Shown piece after piece: positions 37,322 to 46,648 of a DNA stretch of 64,000 nucleotides. The translations under genes and the position numbers were made by a program. The notes beneath the pieces were generated by a model. It was not told where the DNA came from. It searched no databases and was given only the letters and a program-made list of their open reading frames with translations. The DNA lies in contig CBDFJF010000002.1 in NCBI GenBank assembly GCA_965248265.1, forward strand, positions 256,001 to 320,000, given 5' to 3'. Position 1 is the first letter of the stretch, and each line of letters starts with the position of its first letter. Source of the stretch: Candidatus Latescibacterota bacterium. GTDB taxonomy: Bacteria; Latescibacterota; UBA2968; UBA8231.

Positions 37322-39199
37322 ATGATTTCGATAACGGCGAACAAGGCATCCGAATCTCCGAAATGGGCCATCCTTCAGCGGCGTCTGTTCGGAGTCATGG
37401 AAGAGGCCGCCCGGCTGACGGTCGACAAATTCACCGACGACGACGGCATTCCCTACTTCGCCGACGATGTCGACGACCTGTATGAGCGCTTCTACAGCTG
37501 GCCGCTGCTCTACTCGATGGGCGCCAGCGACGACATGTTGCGGATAGCGGTTCACGAGTATGAAATCATCACCGAGTCCAACGGTGATCACACTCGCAAC
37601 CCGCACTTTCCGCGGTTGTTCCCGCAGCTTCACAATGAGTATTACACCCTGACTGTGCCCGAGGGGGAAGCTGCAAATTGGATACCGGGTCAGCGCATCA
37701 TCACCGACTGGCACCACATGGGCGAGGGCAATCAGCTGTTCTACAACATCGGCATGGCTGCTCCGGCCACGCCGCAGCACGCAACGCGTTCAGAACGCTT
37801 CGCCGCCATGATGATCGGAGAGGACCCGGAGGCGGACAATTACGATGCGGATCTCAATCAGTTTCGCTCGGTGTACACCGATGCCCGTGGGCCGATCTAC
37901 GAGGTCAACGTCGAACAGGCCAAGGGGTTCCTGCACGGGGGTAGCCCGACGGTGCCGGGGTGGGAGCCGCAGCCGGCGGGGGTGCGGGCATCCATCTACC
38001 CGGTGGAGAAGCAGCTGGAAGAGAATTGGTACGCCAATCCCCAACGGGCGGCTCAAGTTGCCGACACCTTCGGCAAGCTCATCATGCGGGGAGACATCCC
38101 GCACAACATGGGCGCCACAGGCCTGGTCACCAACGCCTACCTGCACACGGGCGACGACCGCTACAAGGAATGGGTGCTGCGCTACGTCGAGGGCTGGCTG
38201 GAGCGCATGAAGAAGAACAACGGCATCATGCCCGACAACATCGGGCCCACCGGCAAGGTCGGCGAGCACCGAGACGGCCAGTGGTGGGGCGGCTGGTACG
38301 GTTGGAATTGCTACAAGGGCATCAACATCGGTCTCACCTCGATGACTATCGGCGCCCAGTGCGCGCAGCTGCTGACGGGCGACGACGAGTACCTGGATGT
38401 GATCCGATCACAGATGAAGCTGCTGTTCGAGCATTCGCAGACACGGGACGACGGCCAGCTCGTGTTCTCGTGGCGTTATGGTCCGGATGGGTGGTTCGAC
38501 TACAGGCCCATGCCGATCAAATGGCTGCCCCCTCTGTACCACGCCTCAATGAGCGACGGTGACCGGCAGATGATGGAGCAGGTGCGCGACGGCGACGTCG
38601 AGGGTAACTGGGGAGGGGTGTCGCAGATCTCCGCGAAGGGCGGTGGTGACTCCGGGTTTTTCCAGTATCACACCGGCAAGTTCACGGATTGGCCGGAGAA
38701 GCTGATGGAGTTCGAACTCCAGTCGGCCGACGAAGCGCTGGAGCGGGTCAAGGCCGAGTCTCGAACACCTGAGCAAATGATTGCCGACAACAGCGGCATC
38801 CCCAATCCGGTCAAGACCGAAAGCCTGACGGAGATGATGTTCGGAGCTCCGGGTACGGTCTATAACGGCGGATTGCTGCGGGCGACCGTTCGCTACTTCG
38901 ACCCGAAGGCCGGCCGAGCAGGCTTACCACCGGATGTTTCCGCCCTGGTCGACAAACTGGGAGCCGATATTGTCGGCTTCCAGCTCGTGAACCTGAATCG
39001 CGACGAAGAGCGCAGGGTCATCGTGCAGGCGGGAGCCTTTGGCGAGCATCAGTTCACGAGCGCGACCTCCGACGGCTCCACGGCGGATATCGATTCGAAG
39101 CACTTCGAAATTACGCTGCCTGCAGGCACCTCGATTGCGGTCGAATGCGGTCTCAACCGATTTGCCAATCAACCCAGCTACGAGACGCCGGCGATGTAA
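37322..39199 (+). CDS. Conserved hypothetical ~630-aa protein (paralog 2 of 3)
   Basis: DDVDDLYERFYSW, LHNEYY, DWHHMGEGN, TNAYLHTGDDRYKEW, PDNIGPTG, GQWWGG, GGLLRATVRYFD, QAGAFGEH. Confidence 0.85.
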   Translation: MISITANKASESPKWAILQRRLFGVMEEAARLTVDKFTDDDGIPYFADDVDDLYERFYSWPLLYSMGASDDMLRIAVHEYEIITESNGDHTRNPHFPRLFPQLHNEYYTLTVPEGEAANWIPGQRIITDWHHMGEGNQLFYNIGMAAPATPQHATRSERFAAMMIGEDPEADNYDADLNQFRSVYTDARGPIYEVNVEQAKGFLHGGSPTVPGWEPQPAGVRASIYPVEKQLEENWYANPQRAAQVADTFGKLIMRGDIPHNMGATGLVTNAYLHTGDDRYKEWVLRYVEGWLERMKKNNGIMPDNIGPTGKVGEHRDGQWWGGWYGWNCYKGINIGLTSMTIGAQCAQLLTGDDEYLDVIRSQMKLLFEHSQTRDDGQLVFSWRYGPDGWFDYRPMPIKWLPPLYHASMSDGDRQMMEQVRDGDVEGNWGGVSQISAKGGGDSGFFQYHTGKFTDWPEKLMEFELQSADEALERVKAESRTPEQMIADNSGIPNPVKTESLTEMMFGAPGTVYNGGLLRATVRYFDPKAGRAGLPPDVSALVDKLGADIVGFQLVNLNRDEERRVIVQAGAFGEHQFTSATSDGSTADIDSKHFEITLPAGTSIAVECGLNRFANQPSYETPAM

Positions 39200-39209
39200 T
39201 CGATTCGAA

Positions 39210-40850
39210 ATGGATATTCCCCCACGCCTGATATATTACCAGGATGCCCACCACTTTCACGCCAAGCGCCTGGATCCCCCGGTAAGCCTCCACCAATTGC
39301 GGTGGCCGGTAGACGAGTTGGTGGGTACCGGCGTTGACGTGCTGGCCTTCGCTCTCGGTTACGGTGACGTCTACTTCCACGACAGCAAGGTAGGCCGGGT
39401 AGTCGGCGACCGGCAGGAGGTGTGGGACAGCTTCATCGACTGGCGCATCATGCGAATGGTCAGGGATGCCCGGGCTATGGGCACCGACCAGTTGCGGGTC
39501 GTCATCGAGCGCGGCAAGCAGCAAGGCCTCGCGGTTTTTCCCAGTCTCAAACTACAGAGCTGCGATCCGGTTGGATCAGACCGCTGTGGTGCGCTCAAGT
39601 GGGAACGCTGGAAAGAGGTGTGCACGCTCGAGAAGGACGAGGCGCACCCGCGCTACGAGTTCTGTTACGACTATTTGAGCCCGTTGGTGCGTGAGGACAA
39701 GCTCAACATCCTGCGTGAGGTCATCGAGGATTACCGGGTTGACGGCGTCGAGCTCGACTTCATGTTCGTACCCCGGTTCTTCAAAAGCGGGGAGGAAGAA
39801 GCCGGCACCCCGGTGATGACGCAGTTCGTGGCCGGCGTGCGCGAGATGGCCGACGAGATCGGGGCGGCGCAAAACAGGCACGTTTCAGTCTGTGCCAGGG
39901 TGTTCGACCAGCGGGACGCGAACCTCAAACTCGGTCTGGACGTGGAGTCGTGGTTGACCAATGGCAGCCTCGACATGGTAGTCGGGCAAATGTCAGAACA
40001 GCTGTTCGACACAGCCGGTTTTGATGTCAGCTGGTTGGTAGAGGCGGCACAATCGCACGGCTCGGGGGTCTACGTGCGGCCTCCTCGCCGGGTGTACGAC
40101 GAACGCACGGCCAAACCCTCCATCGAGATGTACCGCGCCCTCGGTCAGACGCTGCAGCGGCAAGGCTGCGACGGCATGTACTTAGGCTACCTGCAGTGGC
40201 CCTTTGCTGATACCGAATACGAGATCCTCAGGGAGGCGGCCTGTCCCGAGGCAGTGTCGAGACGGGTCAAGCGCTACCTGCTTCAACCTCGCGAATCAGG
40301 GCTGGTTTTCGAGGAACTGCTCGACTACCAGGGCGGTTACCCACGCAAGCCTCGCGAGCCGAACGATGAGATTACCGACCCACCGAAGAGAGATCTGCCG
40401 ATTGAGCTCAAGGAGGGGGAGACCGCGTCCACCTCGATCTTTGTTTCCGACGAGTTGGAGAAGGCCAAGGCCGACGGCGAGATGCGAGCGCCGATTCTGA
40501 CGATTCGGTTCGCGTTCTTCTGTGTCGAGGATGAGATCGTCATCCGGTTCAACAACCGCGTGCTCCCCATCGAACAGGCGGAGATCACCGATGAGCGCGC
40601 CCTGGTGATGGCGATGCAACCACGGGGCAGTCCGCTCGAGGCGCCGCTCGGGATGTCCGCCCACTGGTTCCGCTACCGGCTGGACGTCGACCTGCTGCGA
40701 GAGGGAGAGAACGTGGTGAGTGTTGAGGTGGTACGCATGGAAAGGACAGCGGGTTTTACCCGGTCGATCAATGGTATTGAAATCCAAACACGATACAAAG
40801 ACTTCGACCGGCCCGAGGGGTTGGAGCCACCAAGAATCGCTGCGCTGTAA
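39210..40850 (+). CDS. Hypothetical protein, glycoside-hydrolase-like TIM barrel (GHL10/DUF187-like) plus C-terminal beta domain
   Basis: IYYQD N-terminus, LVGTGVD, YDYLSPLVRE…EVIEDYRVDGVELDF, GLDVESWL. Confidence 0.6.
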   Translation: MDIPPRLIYYQDAHHFHAKRLDPPVSLHQLRWPVDELVGTGVDVLAFALGYGDVYFHDSKVGRVVGDRQEVWDSFIDWRIMRMVRDARAMGTDQLRVVIERGKQQGLAVFPSLKLQSCDPVGSDRCGALKWERWKEVCTLEKDEAHPRYEFCYDYLSPLVREDKLNILREVIEDYRVDGVELDFMFVPRFFKSGEEEAGTPVMTQFVAGVREMADEIGAAQNRHVSVCARVFDQRDANLKLGLDVESWLTNGSLDMVVGQMSEQLFDTAGFDVSWLVEAAQSHGSGVYVRPPRRVYDERTAKPSIEMYRALGQTLQRQGCDGMYLGYLQWPFADTEYEILREAACPEAVSRRVKRYLLQPRESGLVFEELLDYQGGYPRKPREPNDEITDPPKRDLPIELKEGETASTSIFVSDELEKAKADGEMRAPILTIRFAFFCVEDEIVIRFNNRVLPIEQAEITDERALVMAMQPRGSPLEAPLGMSAHWFRYRLDVDLLREGENVVSVEVVRMERTAGFTRSINGIEIQTRYKDFDRPEGLEPPRIAAL

Positions 40851-40908
40851 TAGGGCTGACAGTAAGAGGAATGAGTGACAATGCAGGATAGCCAAGAGAG
40901 GTAATGCC

Positions 40909-42876
40909 ATGGGCACAACCAGCACCATGCCAGACCTGGTCAGCGTAAAGGCCGCCCAGGTCGCCGCCCCGCCCACCTGGGCGCTGCTGGAGCGCAAGCT
41001 CATCAGCCTGATGGAAAAAGGGGCGCACATGATGAGCGCGAAGTACGCCGAGCGCAGCGGCGCCTGGTACTGGTCAGACGATATGGATGACTACTACGAG
41101 CGGTCGTACAACTGGTGTCTGCTGTACAGCATGGGTGGTGACGAGAGCCTCGTGGACCTGGCGCTCAAGCACTGGAACGCGACGACGCGGCTGTTCGACG
41201 ACCGGGACAACAATCGGGCCAACAATCTGGACTACTTCCACGGGACTACTCCCAAGACACTGAAGCATAATATTCACAACGAATACTTCAGCATCGTTCA
41301 TCCCGAAGACGCCGAGTGGCACCATATGGGTGAGGGGAATATGGGGTTCTACGACCTGGCTCTAGGCGACCCGACCGTCTCCGAGAACGTGCGCCGGGCC
41401 CGCAGGTTCGCCGACATGTTCCTCGGCGAAGACCCGGAAGCGCCGATCTGGGACGACGAGCACAAGATCATCCGCTCACCCATGCACGGCAGCCTGGGAC
41501 CCTACCACAACGCCCGGCTCGACCTGGTCAAGAGTTACCTGCACGGCGGTCACTCCAGATCGCCCGACTGGGACCCCAAACCGATGGGCAGGCGCGTCTC
41601 TCTCTACCCCGCGGTCAAGGAGCTCGAGCTGGGTTGGTGGGATGACCCGAAACGGGCGGAGGAGATCGTGCAGCTGTTCAATCACGTCGCACTGGATGGC
41701 GACTGTGCTTCGAACCTGACCGCCACTGCCCTGGTGACCAACGCTTACCTCTACACGGGAGACGAGAAATACAAGCGTTGGGTGGTGGAATACGTAGAAG
41801 TGTGGATGGACCGAATCAAACAGAACGACGGCATCATCCCGGACAATGTCGGTCCTACAGGCAAGCCTGGTGAGCACCGCGATGGTGTCTGGTGGGGGTC
41901 TTCGTGCGGTTGGAACAGTGTCTACGGCTGGAGCCACATCTTTCACGCCATCGCCGTGGCGGCTGAGTGCGCCCATCTGCTCACCGGAGACATGGTCTAC
42001 CTTGAGCTGCTGCGCTCCCAGGTCAAGATGCTTCTGGAAAATTCGATCATGGGCGAGGACGGCCGGCTGATGGTTCCGTGCCGGGCGACACCGGATGGTT
42101 GGGATTACAGCTGCGAGGGGGATGGAACTGCCACGACCAATCTGCGCATCTACGAGTTAGTCCACCTCTACCACGCCTCCATGTCCCAGGAAGACTACGA
42201 CATCATCCTCCGGGTGCGCGACGGCGACCGGACACGCGACTGGAACAAGGAGGAGATCGGGGCGGCGAGAGCCGAGTGGTACTCCGAGTACAGCCGCTTT
42301 CAATACTACGATGGCAAGAATCCGGACTGGCCCACGAAGACGCTGCAGGTCCAATACCAGCTGGCTCTGGAGACGTACCACAAGATGGAGGCGGACACGC
42401 GCACGGTGCCCGAAATCATCTCGGACAATCTGGAACCGGTGAACGCCGTGTTCACCAAGGTGCTGACGCAGGTGATGCTCGGCTCACCGCAGTATTTGTA
42501 TCACAGCGGGATGCTGCGGGCGACAGTGCGCTACTACGACAGGGACCGCGTGCGCCCGGGGCTGCCGCTGGACGTCGCCGCACTGGTGGACGAGTTGAGT
42601 GCTGATTCTGTGGGGGTCCAATTGGTGAACACCAGCCGAAATGAAACACGGAACCTGATCGTACAGGCCGGAGCTTTCGGGGAGCATCAGTTCACGCAGG
42701 TGCGGTACGACGGTGCAGACGGTGAGCAGGTCGTGCCGCTGGACGGGAAGTACTTCGCAGTGGAACTACCGCCGTCGACGGCGATTCGGGTGGACGCCGG
42801 CTTGCGGCGATTTGCCAACCAGCCCAGCTATGCCTTCCCATGGCATGGTGATACCATTCCGGTGCCGTTCAAGTAA
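40909..42876 (+). CDS. Conserved hypothetical ~650-aa protein (paralog 3 of 3)
   Basis: PPTWALLERKLI, DDMDDYYERSYNW, IHNEYF, EWHHMGEGN, TNAYLYTGDEKYKRW, PDNVGPTG, LRATVRYYD, QAGAFGEH, RFANQPSY. Confidence 0.85.
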   Translation: MGTTSTMPDLVSVKAAQVAAPPTWALLERKLISLMEKGAHMMSAKYAERSGAWYWSDDMDDYYERSYNWCLLYSMGGDESLVDLALKHWNATTRLFDDRDNNRANNLDYFHGTTPKTLKHNIHNEYFSIVHPEDAEWHHMGEGNMGFYDLALGDPTVSENVRRARRFADMFLGEDPEAPIWDDEHKIIRSPMHGSLGPYHNARLDLVKSYLHGGHSRSPDWDPKPMGRRVSLYPAVKELELGWWDDPKRAEEIVQLFNHVALDGDCASNLTATALVTNAYLYTGDEKYKRWVVEYVEVWMDRIKQNDGIIPDNVGPTGKPGEHRDGVWWGSSCGWNSVYGWSHIFHAIAVAAECAHLLTGDMVYLELLRSQVKMLLENSIMGEDGRLMVPCRATPDGWDYSCEGDGTATTNLRIYELVHLYHASMSQEDYDIILRVRDGDRTRDWNKEEIGAARAEWYSEYSRFQYYDGKNPDWPTKTLQVQYQLALETYHKMEADTRTVPEIISDNLEPVNAVFTKVLTQVMLGSPQYLYHSGMLRATVRYYDRDRVRPGLPLDVAALVDELSADSVGVQLVNTSRNETRNLIVQAGAFGEHQFTQVRYDGADGEQVVPLDGKYFAVELPPSTAIRVDAGLRRFANQPSYAFPWHGDTIPVPFK

Positions 42877-42981
42877 TTCCAGGTGATCATCGCCACACCA
42901 CGCTGGGAACCAATGGTGATATTGCTGGGGGCTTCACGGAGGTGCGCAAGATAGTGCCGTGGACGTGCTCACTATCTTCCA

Positions 42982-44688
42982 TCACTCGTCCGGCACGGGA
43001 TCTGGCAAATTGTCAAATACGACTATTTTCTCGTCGGCCAACCCTGCCGCGCGCATGCTCGTCGCCACTGCATCGGCCAGCCGGGTTGGCAATGAACTGT
43101 TTTCCATGATCAACAGGAATCCAACCTCCGCAAGGTCTGCGAGGTCGAGGAATGCGAGCACGGGGTTGTCGCTGATCTCGAGCACCTCCACGACCGAACT
43201 CAGGGACGAGAGATCTACGGTCCGCAGGTTGGGGTTGCCGATTATCCACAAGGTGTGGCCGATCTGCTCGACGGCTGCCAGACCTCCCGCATCGGTCAGG
43301 GCGCTGTTGTTGGTGACCAACAGCGAGCGGGACACCTGCCTCAATCCACTCAGACCATCCAGATCTGCCAGTGCCGTGTTAGACTGGATGACGACCTCAC
43401 TGAGGTGCAGCAGACTTCCATCGTTCGGCCCATCGACGCGGGATACGTTGTGCAGTCCCTCCAGGCTCGTCATCGCGGTGTTTTGTGCGATCCACAGAGT
43501 CTCGAGAGTTTGCAGCCCGGACAGCGCAGTCAGATCGGTCAGCGCCCGGTTGGATACCAGTTCAATCCCGGTTACCCCCTTCACGTCCTCGATTCCGACC
43601 AGGCTGACCAGGTCGCTGTCCTTGACTTGCAGCGGGCCGTCGATCCGTTGCAGTGAAGAGAACGCACTCAGGTCCGCCATGCCAGTCTCGCCAATGGACA
43701 GCCCACCCACCCTCTCCAAGTTGGGCATGGCCAAATCACTCAAGTCGGCGCCCCGAAGGCTCAGGAATCCGCCTACGTGGCGGACGCCGGCGAGCACATC
43801 GAGGGCATCCGTCAGGCCCGGGTTTCTGATCCCTAGATTCCTCTCCAACTCTGGCAACAGATGGGCCAGCGGCTGCAACCGCGTGAGGCTTTCATTATCG
43901 GTCAGGGACAGCCCGCCGATGCTCTGCAATTGGCGGAGAGGCTCGAGGGAGGTCACGCCGGGCAGGGCAGACAGACCCAACCCTCCGCCCACATGGCGCA
44001 GCGCCCGCAGGCCGTCCAGGCTGGGAAGTGCGGGATTTGATCCAACACTGAGACTTCCGGACACGATCTCGAGGTTCATCAAACCCAGTTCGGTAAGTTC
44101 CTGGTTGCCGCTGATGCGTAAATTGCCATGCACAGCCACCAAATTCGACAGCGTCGAAAGGGACGTCAGGTCGGTGGATCGAATGATCAAGTCGCCTCGC
44201 ACCTCGAAGGGATCGTCGCCGGCAGCCAGGGCTTCCAGGCCGGCGGGGTCCTTGATCTCGAAGCTGCCAACACGCTGGACGACCCCGTCCGGTGGTTCCA
44301 GGACCCGTACCTGTGCCTCTTCCGACCAGGCTACGGTGCCAGCGGTCTCCGTTGACACACGGTAGCCGTGGATCTTGCCCGGTAGCACGCTTCGATCGAC
44401 GAATACCGTGTCGTCGCGGGCCATGCGAGCCACGATTTCCAGCGAATCCCCGACGCTGCGTTCCACCGCGTAAGCGATGAAGTCCTCCGTGAAGCCGTAG
44501 CGGGTCCAGACCACGGTAACCCAGCCACCGCGCTGGTAGTCAGACGTGGCGGAGAGGATCTGCACCTCGCCTGAGCCAATACCCAGATCCGGACCACTAG
44601 GGCTGTTGTCGCTGGAGCTGCACCCGAGCCATCCGGCCACCAGCAGCAAGCAAGCAAGAAGCAGTCGCAGGTCGCGGGTCGTGCACAT
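42982..44688 (-). CDS. Lipoprotein with FN3-like domain and receptor-L-domain/leucine-rich repeats
   Basis: Lipobox WLG-C after a hydrophobic stretch; repeated LxxLxGLxxLxxVxGxLxIxxNxxL units. Confidence 0.8.
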   Translation of the reverse strand: MCTTRDLRLLLACLLLVAGWLGCSSSDNSPSGPDLGIGSGEVQILSATSDYQRGGWVTVVWTRYGFTEDFIAYAVERSVGDSLEIVARMARDDTVFVDRSVLPGKIHGYRVSTETAGTVAWSEEAQVRVLEPPDGVVQRVGSFEIKDPAGLEALAAGDDPFEVRGDLIIRSTDLTSLSTLSNLVAVHGNLRISGNQELTELGLMNLEIVSGSLSVGSNPALPSLDGLRALRHVGGGLGLSALPGVTSLEPLRQLQSIGGLSLTDNESLTRLQPLAHLLPELERNLGIRNPGLTDALDVLAGVRHVGGFLSLRGADLSDLAMPNLERVGGLSIGETGMADLSAFSSLQRIDGPLQVKDSDLVSLVGIEDVKGVTGIELVSNRALTDLTALSGLQTLETLWIAQNTAMTSLEGLHNVSRVDGPNDGSLLHLSEVVIQSNTALADLDGLSGLRQVSRSLLVTNNSALTDAGGLAAVEQIGHTLWIIGNPNLRTVDLSSLSSVVEVLEISDNPVLAFLDLADLAEVGFLLIMENSSLPTRLADAVATSMRAAGLADEKIVVFDNLPDPVPDE

Positions 44689-44744
44689 GCGATTATCCAA
44701 GTTTGGCTGAGGGGAAATCGAGGGTCTTCCTCTACGGTATCTAT

Positions 44745-44762
44745 TATAACATCTATAACATC
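44745..44762. repeat. Perfect 9-bp tandem direct repeat TATAACATC x2 in a divergent promoter region
   Basis: Sequence reads TATAACATC TATAACATC, AT-rich within a GC-rich background. Confidence 0.6.
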
Positions 44763-44842
44763 GGCACAATTCTGCCACTGCTTCAGCACCTACAATCGGC
44801 CGGGATTCGCCAATGGCGGCCCCAATCCCGTTGTTCTATGCC

Positions 44843-46642
44843 ATGGTCTTTCTGATCCAGTTCTGGAATATCCTGGCCGGCCGTCGCCGGTTGCTGGCGC
44901 TGTCGGTGTTGTGCGGCCTCCTGTTCGCCGGCGCCAATCTGGTGCCGCCGTTGCTGATCCGCCAGCTGATCGCCTGGGTCACGGAGGGGGGTGGCAGCCC
45001 AGACGAGCTGCTGCTGCTCAGCGTCGGACTCCTCGGCGTGTACCTCCTGCGCGGCACAGCTCGGTATGGCTACGGGAGGTTTTCTCACCATGCTGCCTAC
45101 GGCACAATGCATGAACTGATGGTACGCGCTTACCGGCACATACAGAGCCTGCCACACCGCTTCTTCACCGGCGAGCGCACCGGCAATCTCATCTCGCGCT
45201 CCATCAATGACATCGAAGCGGTAGAGGACTTCATCGCCCACGGTGTGCCCGAGACCATCCTGGCCCTCGTCATCCCCACGGCGATGATGATCGTTCTCTT
45301 CGTCCTCGATCCTGAGCTGGCGGCCATTACCCTGCTGCCGATCCCCATCGCCGGGTTCCTGGTCTATCGATTTGTCCGGCGGGTGCGTCAGATGTGGCGT
45401 GACGTGCGTTGGCGGTTGTCGGACCTGGTCGCCCGCGTGCACGACAACATCGCCGGGATTCGGGTCATCAAGGCCTTCGTGCAGGAAGAGCGTGCGGCGC
45501 GACAGGTCGAGGAGCACAGCAGCGCTTTCCGCGACGCCTCCATCAAGGCGAACTCGGTATCCCTGATGCCGGCCGGCCTGGTCGAAGCAGCCGGGGGTGT
45601 CGGCATCGTCCTTGTCATATGGGCCGGCGGCTCGGCGGCCCTCGCCGACCGCATCAGCGTCGCCGATCTCTTCGTCTTCATCGTCTACCTGGGCCACATC
45701 TACCAACCCTTTCTGCAGCTGGCATCGATCAACGATGTGCTGCAGAAAGCCGCCGTCAGTACCGACCGCGTTTTCCAATTGTTGGCCGTCGAGTCCGATA
45801 TCGTCGATGCGCCACAAGCCCGAGCCCCCGCTGCCACTACCTGGGACGTCCACTTCGACCATGTCACTTTCGCCTACGATGAGACTGACGGCCGGGTGCT
45901 GCACGATGTTGATTTCCATGTGCCCGCCGGTGCCGTCGTTGCCCTCGTCGGACACACGGGGGCGGGTAAGACAACGATCTCACACCTGCTGCCACGCTAC
46001 TACGATCCGCAGCAGGGGGCCGTTCGTATCGGCGGCCACGACCTGCGTGACCTGCCGCTGGTCTGGGTGCGAGGCCATATCGCCTCGGTGGACCAGGACG
46101 TGTTTCTTTTTCATGGTACCGTAGCGGAGAATATTGCGTTCGGACGTGGAGGCGATCCACCCGCCGGCAGGAATGGTAACCCCGAGGCCGATTTGCGCGC
46201 GGCGGCGGCCGCCGCCAATGCCGACGAGTTCATTGACTAGCTGCCTGCCGGTTACGACACCCTCATCGGCGAGCGAGGTGTGCGCCTCTCCGGGGGTCAG
46301 AAGCAGCGCCTGGCGATCGCCCGCGCCTTACTCTCGGATGCACCCATCCTCATCCTGGACGAGGCGACTTCGGCCGTCGACACCCATACCGAACTGCTCA
46401 TCCAGGAAGCACTCAACCGGTTGATGGCGAGCCGGACCACCCTCGTGATCGCCCATCGCCTGTCGACGGTCAGACACGCCGACCTCATCGTCGTCCTCGA
46501 GCAGGGCCGCGTCGTGGAGACGGGGCGCCACGACGAGCTGCTGACTGACGACGGTCCGTACCGAAGGATGATCGAGGCCCAGGAGCTGCTCGCCGATGTC
46601 AGCCCCGATTACCTTCCCGACGACTCCGACTTTAAAGGTTAG
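44843..46642 (+). pseudogene. ABC exporter (TMD+NBD, MsbA-like) interrupted by an in-frame TAG at 46238-46240
   Basis: GHTGAGKT Walker A before the stop; …[34 protein letters not shown]…ILDEATS…IAHRLST continues in the same frame. Confidence 0.85.
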
Positions 46643-46648
46643 AATCGC

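Noticed and set aside
42959-44365. 468-aa Ser/Arg/Pro-rich plus-strand ORF
   Set aside because: Shadow of the LRR/L-domain lipoprotein on the minus strand; composition typical of an off-frame reading.
44762-44776. GGCAC…TGC as a sigma-54 promoter (also near 58347-58361)
   Set aside because: GG-to-GC spacing is 9 nt rather than the required 10.
46238-46240. Genome-wide amber recoding or pyrrolysine use
   Set aside because: TAG is the evident terminator of many intact genes here (e.g. oppA, oppC, fliG, fliM) and no pyl genes are visible.
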